A stretch of 64,000 bases of DNA from positions 1,211 to 65,210 of the forward strand of contig JAOMBK010000006.1 of the NCBI GenBank assembly GCA_028344535.1, in the 5' to 3' direction. Below the pieces are notes generated by a model. That model ran no database searches. It was given only the letters and a program-made list of their open reading frames with translations, and was not told the origin of the DNA. The position numbers and the translations under genes were made by a program. Positions 59,417 to 64,000 of the stretch are shown piece by piece (within the stretch, counting starts at the first letter, position 1; every line of letters begins with the position of its first letter). Source of the DNA: Pseudomonadota bacterium. Its GTDB lineage: Bacteria; Pseudomonadota; Gammaproteobacteria; Magnimaribacterales; D2472.

Positions 59417-60849
59417 AATATCATTGGAGCTAAATAGAAGGCAAATATGGTGACTAAAAAGACCCCAATAATATTTAATGCAAATCCTGCTCTCATCATA
59501 TCTGGTATGGTTAATTTTCCTGAACCAAAAACAATTGCATTAGGTGGAGTCGCTACAGGTAACATAAATGCACAACTTGCAGCTAATACAACAGGGATTG
59601 TCAGGGCTACTGGAGCTATACCAAGAGCAACTGCAACTGCTCCAACTACTGGTAAAAATGTTGAGGTGGTTGCAACGTTAGATGTGATTTCTGTTAAGAA
59701 TATAATTAAAGTTGCAACTGCTAGTATCAGGACAATGGGTGGGACATTTCCTAAAATGGTTAAGCCTTGGCCAATCCAGCCCCCAAGACCTGATGAACCA
59801 ATAGATGCAGCTAAAGATAATCCACCTCCAAACAAGACAAGTAATCCCCAAGGCAGTTTATTAGCTTGTTCCCAAGTTAGTAAATCTGTTTTTGCATTCT
59901 CAGAGGGAATAAAGAAAAAACTCAATGCTGCAAATATAGCAATTCCTGCATCTGTAAGGCCAGATAAAGGAACAAAGTTATCAAGCAATGTTCTGAACAT
60001 CCAAGCACTCGCTGCCATAGAAAAAATGATTAAAACTTTTTTTTCATCTCTGCCTAGAGGACCTAAATCAGTCAGCATGTTTTGAAGCTGTAATTTTGTT
60101 TCTATACTAGCTATAAAATGAACGGGATACACTATTTTTGTAATTGCATACCAGGATGCGCCTAGCATAAGAATGGCTAAAGGTACCCCTAATTTCATCC
60201 AATCCACAAAAGAAATTTCAATACCATAGGTTTCTTGTATAAAACCTACAAATATTATATTTGGAGCTGTACCTACCAAAGTTGACATTCCTCCAATTGA
60301 AGCAGCATATGCAATGCCAAGCAAAAGCGATGTTTCAAAGTTTTTTCTTTCTTTTGCTGAGAAATTTGGAATAGTTTCAGCAACACTTGAGCATACCGCC
60401 AAACCAATTGGTAAAAGCATTAAAGTCGTTGATGTATTCATCACCCACATGCTTATAGAGGCAGAAACAAGCATAAAGCCACCAACTAATTTTGCTCCAC
60501 TATTTCCAATAGCTATTAACATTTTTAATGCCAATCGTTTATGCAATCCGGATGATTCAATACCTAGAGCTAAAATAAAGCCACCCATGAATAAATAAAT
60601 ATTTGGATTCGCATAGGGTAGAGCAGCTGTCTTAAAATCAGTTACATGAAGTATTGGGAACAAAGCTAACGGCAATAACGCAGTAACGGCCACTGGAACT
60701 GCCTCAGTTGCCCACCAAATCGCCATCAACAGAGTAACAGCAGCCACAGCCCAACCTATTGGCGAGAGAGAATCTGGATTAGGCGTTAGAAGAATAAAAA
60801 AGAAGGCTGCTAAACCTAGCCAAAAACCCCTTTTTTTATAAGCCTGCAT
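59413..60849 (-). CDS. DASS/SLC13 sodium-coupled anion (dicarboxylate) symporter
   Basis: WWATEAVP, SMWVMNTST, GTAPN, TEITSNVAT, AFMLPVATPPNA. Confidence 0.93.
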   Translation of the reverse strand: MQAYKKRGFWLGLAAFFFILLTPNPDSLSPIGWAVAAVTLLMAIWWATEAVPVAVTALLPLALFPILHVTDFKTAALPYANPNIYLFMGGFILALGIESSGLHKRLALKMLIAIGNSGAKLVGGFMLVSASISMWVMNTSTTLMLLPIGLAVCSSVAETIPNFSAKERKNFETSLLLGIAYAASIGGMSTLVGTAPNIIFVGFIQETYGIEISFVDWMKLGVPLAILMLGASWYAITKIVYPVHFIASIETKLQLQNMLTDLGPLGRDEKKVLIIFSMAASAWMFRTLLDNFVPLSGLTDAGIAIFAALSFFFIPSENAKTDLLTWEQANKLPWGLLVLFGGGLSLAASIGSSGLGGWIGQGLTILGNVPPIVLILAVATLIIFLTEITSNVATTSTFLPVVGAVAVALGIAPVALTIPVVLAASCAFMLPVATPPNAIVFGSGKLTIPDMMRAGFALNIIGVFLVTIFAFYLAPMIF

Positions 60850-61712
60850 TATTTCAACCTCGCATAAAACATTTCAGCAGCATAGGGAACCATTTGCTCT
60901 GTATTGCTGTGGCCTTTAGTGGTTGGAACTTCAACCATTCCCCATTTAAAAAATTGATTAACTTCTTTTGATTTAGCTACTGCAGATTTAAAGAAGTTTC
61001 TTCCTCTAGCAAGACGATGCTCTCCCTGCAAGTTAATAATGTCCCAATGATCTGCTACATAAGGTGTATTTGGTTTAGTTGAGGTATCTGCTCTTCCAAG
61101 CATTAGTAGAAAATACTTACTAAAAGCTTGTCTTAGCTTTGCATCATCTATATTTGAATTAGTTAGACCAAAAGGCCACTCTTGATCTGACATTGACAGA
61201 TACCACCCTAAATTCGCTGCAATTGCCAAGGTGAAAGACGCTTGTGGATGATGAAGCACAAACCGATGAACAAAATGTGCTCCAGCACCATGACCATATA
61301 TACCCCAATTCTCTGATTTAATTTTAAATTTCTTCAATGCATTGTTGGCAAGAGGTTCAATAGCCATAAACGCATGCAAATCTTGCTCAATAGGATCTAG
61401 ACTTTTAGTTTTGATATTTCCATAATTAAAACCCCACACTTCTGGAAAACTCTCTTCACTAAATTCAGGAACAATCACCAAAAGATTTAACTCCTGAGAT
61501 GCTTTCACCCATTGATCTCTATACTCTTCAGCGTTTCTTTTCCTTCCATGCATAACAACCACAAGCCTTGTCTCTGCATTTATTTTATTAGGCTTGGCTA
61601 CGAAGGTAGGCAAAGAAGCGCCTGCCCAGTCCTCGAACTCGTAATCGGTCAACTCAGCGTTCGCATTCCATGCAATAGAAGCAAACAAAAAAGTAAAAAT
61701 AAATTTATACAT
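60849..61712 (-). CDS. Exported alpha/beta-hydrolase-fold protein lacking the nucleophile Ser
   Basis: Signal peptide, VMHGRKRNA, YGHGAGAHFVHR, AANLGWY, QGEHRLARG. Confidence 0.75.
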   Translation of the reverse strand: MYKFIFTFLFASIAWNANAELTDYEFEDWAGASLPTFVAKPNKINAETRLVVVMHGRKRNAEEYRDQWVKASQELNLLVIVPEFSEESFPEVWGFNYGNIKTKSLDPIEQDLHAFMAIEPLANNALKKFKIKSENWGIYGHGAGAHFVHRFVLHHPQASFTLAIAANLGWYLSMSDQEWPFGLTNSNIDDAKLRQAFSKYFLLMLGRADTSTKPNTPYVADHWDIINLQGEHRLARGRNFFKSAVAKSKEVNQFFKWGMVEVPTTKGHSNTEQMVPYAAEMFYARLK

Positions 61713-61722
61713 CAATCTTTAT

Positions 61723-61748
61723 AAAAAAAAGGGAGCCAAAGCTCCCTT
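61723..61748 (-). terminator. Intrinsic terminator after TonB receptor
   Basis: GGGAGC-tttg-GCTCCC-T8 on the minus strand. Confidence 0.85.
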
Positions 61749-61765
61749 CAATTTTAGCTTAAATA

Positions 61766-64000
61766 TTAGAATGTAACTCTTAAATCTAAGTAATAATTTC
61801 GACCCCAGTCCGAATGAGCATCTGCATAGTATCCATAGTATCTATCAGCAGTTGGAGCTCTTTCATCCTCTAAGTTTTTCACAGCAAATCTAAGTCTTGC
61901 TTTGTGATCACCAAGATCAAAGTTATATGAAACGGTTGCATCCATAGTCGTCATTTCTGGAACTAGATATGGAACTCCATTTTTTAATCCAAGTGAGGTT
62001 TGAACAAAGGAACCTTTTTTTAGTCCAGTTAAACTAGCGCCCCACGGACCTTTATCCCAAGAAACTCTTATAGTGTGCTTGTTATCATAAATTCCATCTT
62101 TTTCTAGCAAGTCACCAAACCCCTTTAAAGGAATTGATTCAGGGATTTCACCACTATCTTTCTTAGCTTGCAATGCAGCAAATTCACCACTTGCTTTTTG
62201 CTCAAATTTATCAAGGAAAGTTCCGATATATCTCAAATCAAAATCACCAAAATCAGTTTGAATATCGTAATAGATGCCTACATCCATTCCCTCAATGGTT
62301 CTAAGAGCCATGTTGGTATAGTTATTTGTTACATACTTAATGTCTCCAAATGGGCAGACACCTGCAGCAGCGAAGCCAGCAGCATCTCCAGCATCAGGAG
62401 CTTCTCTTACTACGAGCGGGTCGCCTGCAAAGGTATCACAATTATTTAAGCCATTCGCAAATCGCAATAACATGTCATTAACAGTTTGATTCTCTCTGCC
62501 AAATAAACCAATAGTTTTATCTTTTTCAATTGTCCAAGCATCGACAGTTACAATCAAACCATTCATTGGAGTTAAAACGACACCAAATGATGTATTGTCT
62601 GACTCTTCAGCTTCAAGCCCCTTAGCACCTGTTGCGACTCTTTGAATTGTGTATCTTGAGTCAGAGTCAATAACATTCTCAACACTTTGAACCTCATTTA
62701 CTCTAAAAGCAGCACGGTCATATCTTGTTCCAGATCTTGCTACAATTTTTTCATTGATTTGAATGATATTTGGTGCTCTGAATGCAGTAGAGAATGATCC
62801 TCTTAATGTCATCCATGGAGCAACTTCCCACCCAACAGCTAGTTTTCCGACAGTGGTATCTCCAAAGTCTGAAAAGTCTTCATTTCTCACAGCTAGCTGA
62901 GCGTTAATAGATTCAGTAACTGGAATTTGAAATTCAGCAAATAATGATGTCACATCTCTTGAGCCAGATACATCTGGAGTAGGGGAGGAATTGACCACAT
63001 CAGAGACTAATGGGTAGGTATCTCCCTCATAATCAGTATAGGTAATTGTTCCATCTAATCTAGGATCTCTATCATCTATAACCTCTTCCTCTCGATACTC
63101 AAAACCAACCAAAAGACCAACATCTCCAGCAGGAAGAGTCATGAATGATGCATTTGACATTTTGAAGTCAAACATATCAAGAGTGCTTTCATTTTTTCTG
63201 TAAACGCTAATTAAAGCTCTCTCAATATTTGAATTAACTCCTGCACTAAAGGGATTGTATGCGGCAGGCGTAGAGTCATATAATGCTGCTTTAAGCAGGT
63301 TATTTGACATTCTATTTCTAGTCACGTCTCTATGTCTTGCAATTGAGCTGACATAAGCTGTTTCCCAGTCCCAATCTCCTGCAGAACCTCTAAAGCCTTG
63401 AAGAAATCTGTATGTTTCTTTTTTAACATTAACGAGTCTTTGTTTTTCTTCGTATCGATAATTATCAATATAAAGATTTTTACCTGCAAAGATTGCGGTT
63501 GGCACCCCATCAACATTAACTTTAAGTTGGTTTAAATAATAGTTATCTGGCCCAACTCTGTGTTTGGAAGAGCTAAAAGCATATGAGGCATGAGCAGTCC
63601 TATCACTGTCTGAGCTATAAGCTCCAATTTCAGTAAAAGATTCCATGCCATTATCCATTTCATGGTTGATAAATATCACAACATTATTTCTAATAAGCTC
63701 AGATCTAACATCTGTCGGTCCCCAAAAATTACTTCTAAGTGCTCCGTTACCGTCTTGTGCGATACAAGTACCAAAACCAGTATCAAAAAGAGGGTGGCCT
63801 CTATTAGTACATTTTGAATCCCCTAAAGGAAATAACTCAAACTCACCATTAGAGTCAGTCCAGACATGGTTATAACTTTCTCCTGCATGTTCACGAGAGC
63901 TAACCATATCAAACTGTCCATAAAGTGAATTCGAGCTTAAATTTCTAAAAGAAGTGCTAGTTTTCCATGGAGAGTCATCTGCAACGAAGGGTCTGTGATC
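61766..64000 (-). CDS. TonB-dependent receptor (5' end beyond window)
   Basis: Frame open to position 64000; FSTAFRAPN, LEAEESD, KNLEDERAP, C-terminal LRVTF. Confidence 0.93.
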   Translation of the reverse strand, partial: DHRPFVADDSPWKTSTSFRNLSSNSLYGQFDMVSSREHAGESYNHVWTDSNGEFELFPLGDSKCTNRGHPLFDTGFGTCIAQDGNGALRSNFWGPTDVRSELIRNNVVIFINHEMDNGMESFTEIGAYSSDSDRTAHASYAFSSSKHRVGPDNYYLNQLKVNVDGVPTAIFAGKNLYIDNYRYEEKQRLVNVKKETYRFLQGFRGSAGDWDWETAYVSSIARHRDVTRNRMSNNLLKAALYDSTPAAYNPFSAGVNSNIERALISVYRKNESTLDMFDFKMSNASFMTLPAGDVGLLVGFEYREEEVIDDRDPRLDGTITYTDYEGDTYPLVSDVVNSSPTPDVSGSRDVTSLFAEFQIPVTESINAQLAVRNEDFSDFGDTTVGKLAVGWEVAPWMTLRGSFSTAFRAPNIIQINEKIVARSGTRYDRAAFRVNEVQSVENVIDSDSRYTIQRVATGAKGLEAEESDNTSFGVVLTPMNGLIVTVDAWTIEKDKTIGLFGRENQTVNDMLLRFANGLNNCDTFAGDPLVVREAPDAGDAAGFAAAGVCPFGDIKYVTNNYTNMALRTIEGMDVGIYYDIQTDFGDFDLRYIGTFLDKFEQKASGEFAALQAKKDSGEIPESIPLKGFGDLLEKDGIYDNKHTIRVSWDKGPWGASLTGLKKGSFVQTSLGLKNGVPYLVPEMTTMDATVSYNFDLGDHKARLRFAVKNLEDERAPTADRYYGYYADAHSDWGRNYYLDLRVTF

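Noticed and set aside
59447-60085. 212-aa plus-strand ORF
   Set aside because: Antisense mirror of the SLC13 gene; no motif. The same applies to the other short antisense ORFs inside lon, htpG, sppA and the receptors.
1-64000. Prophage, integrase, IS, CRISPR or defence system at the tRNA loci
   Set aside because: No recombinase, transposase or cas ORFs, no repeat-spacer array and no duplicated tRNA 3' ends seen by eye.

Overview
AT-rich, very compact core-genome segment of a streamlined marine gammaproteobacterium. The most likely source is the SAR86 clade, inferred from the Pseudomonadales-like gene order, a stand-alone blue proteorhodopsin with no adjacent retinal genes and several large TonB-dependent receptors. 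Housekeeping content includes dnaX-recR-dcd, purMN, hda, xseA, htpG, gpsA, folE, folD, tig-clpPX-lon-hupB-ppiD, fabI, mltD, rnhA-dnaQ-gltX and five tRNAs. I saw no integrase, transposase or CRISPR array. Main leads: (1) a TonB receptor / hydrolase-fold protein / SLC13 dicarboxylate symporter / GGT-family / EthD locus whose GGT has lost two alpha-amino-binding residues (E. coli N411G, D433N), suggesting a dicarboxyl-amide acylase pathway; (2) two poly-A slippage sites in dnaX just after domain III, with stops in both shifted frames; (3) a three-hairpin ROSE-like hsp20 leader with a duplicated loop; (4) an XRE-sppA operon with a double operator and an 81-nt structured leader; (5) an islet with a MerR-type promoter and a dehydrogenase remnant; (6) two small ORFs absent from the ORF track. 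All family calls come from motif recognition by eye, not database searches.
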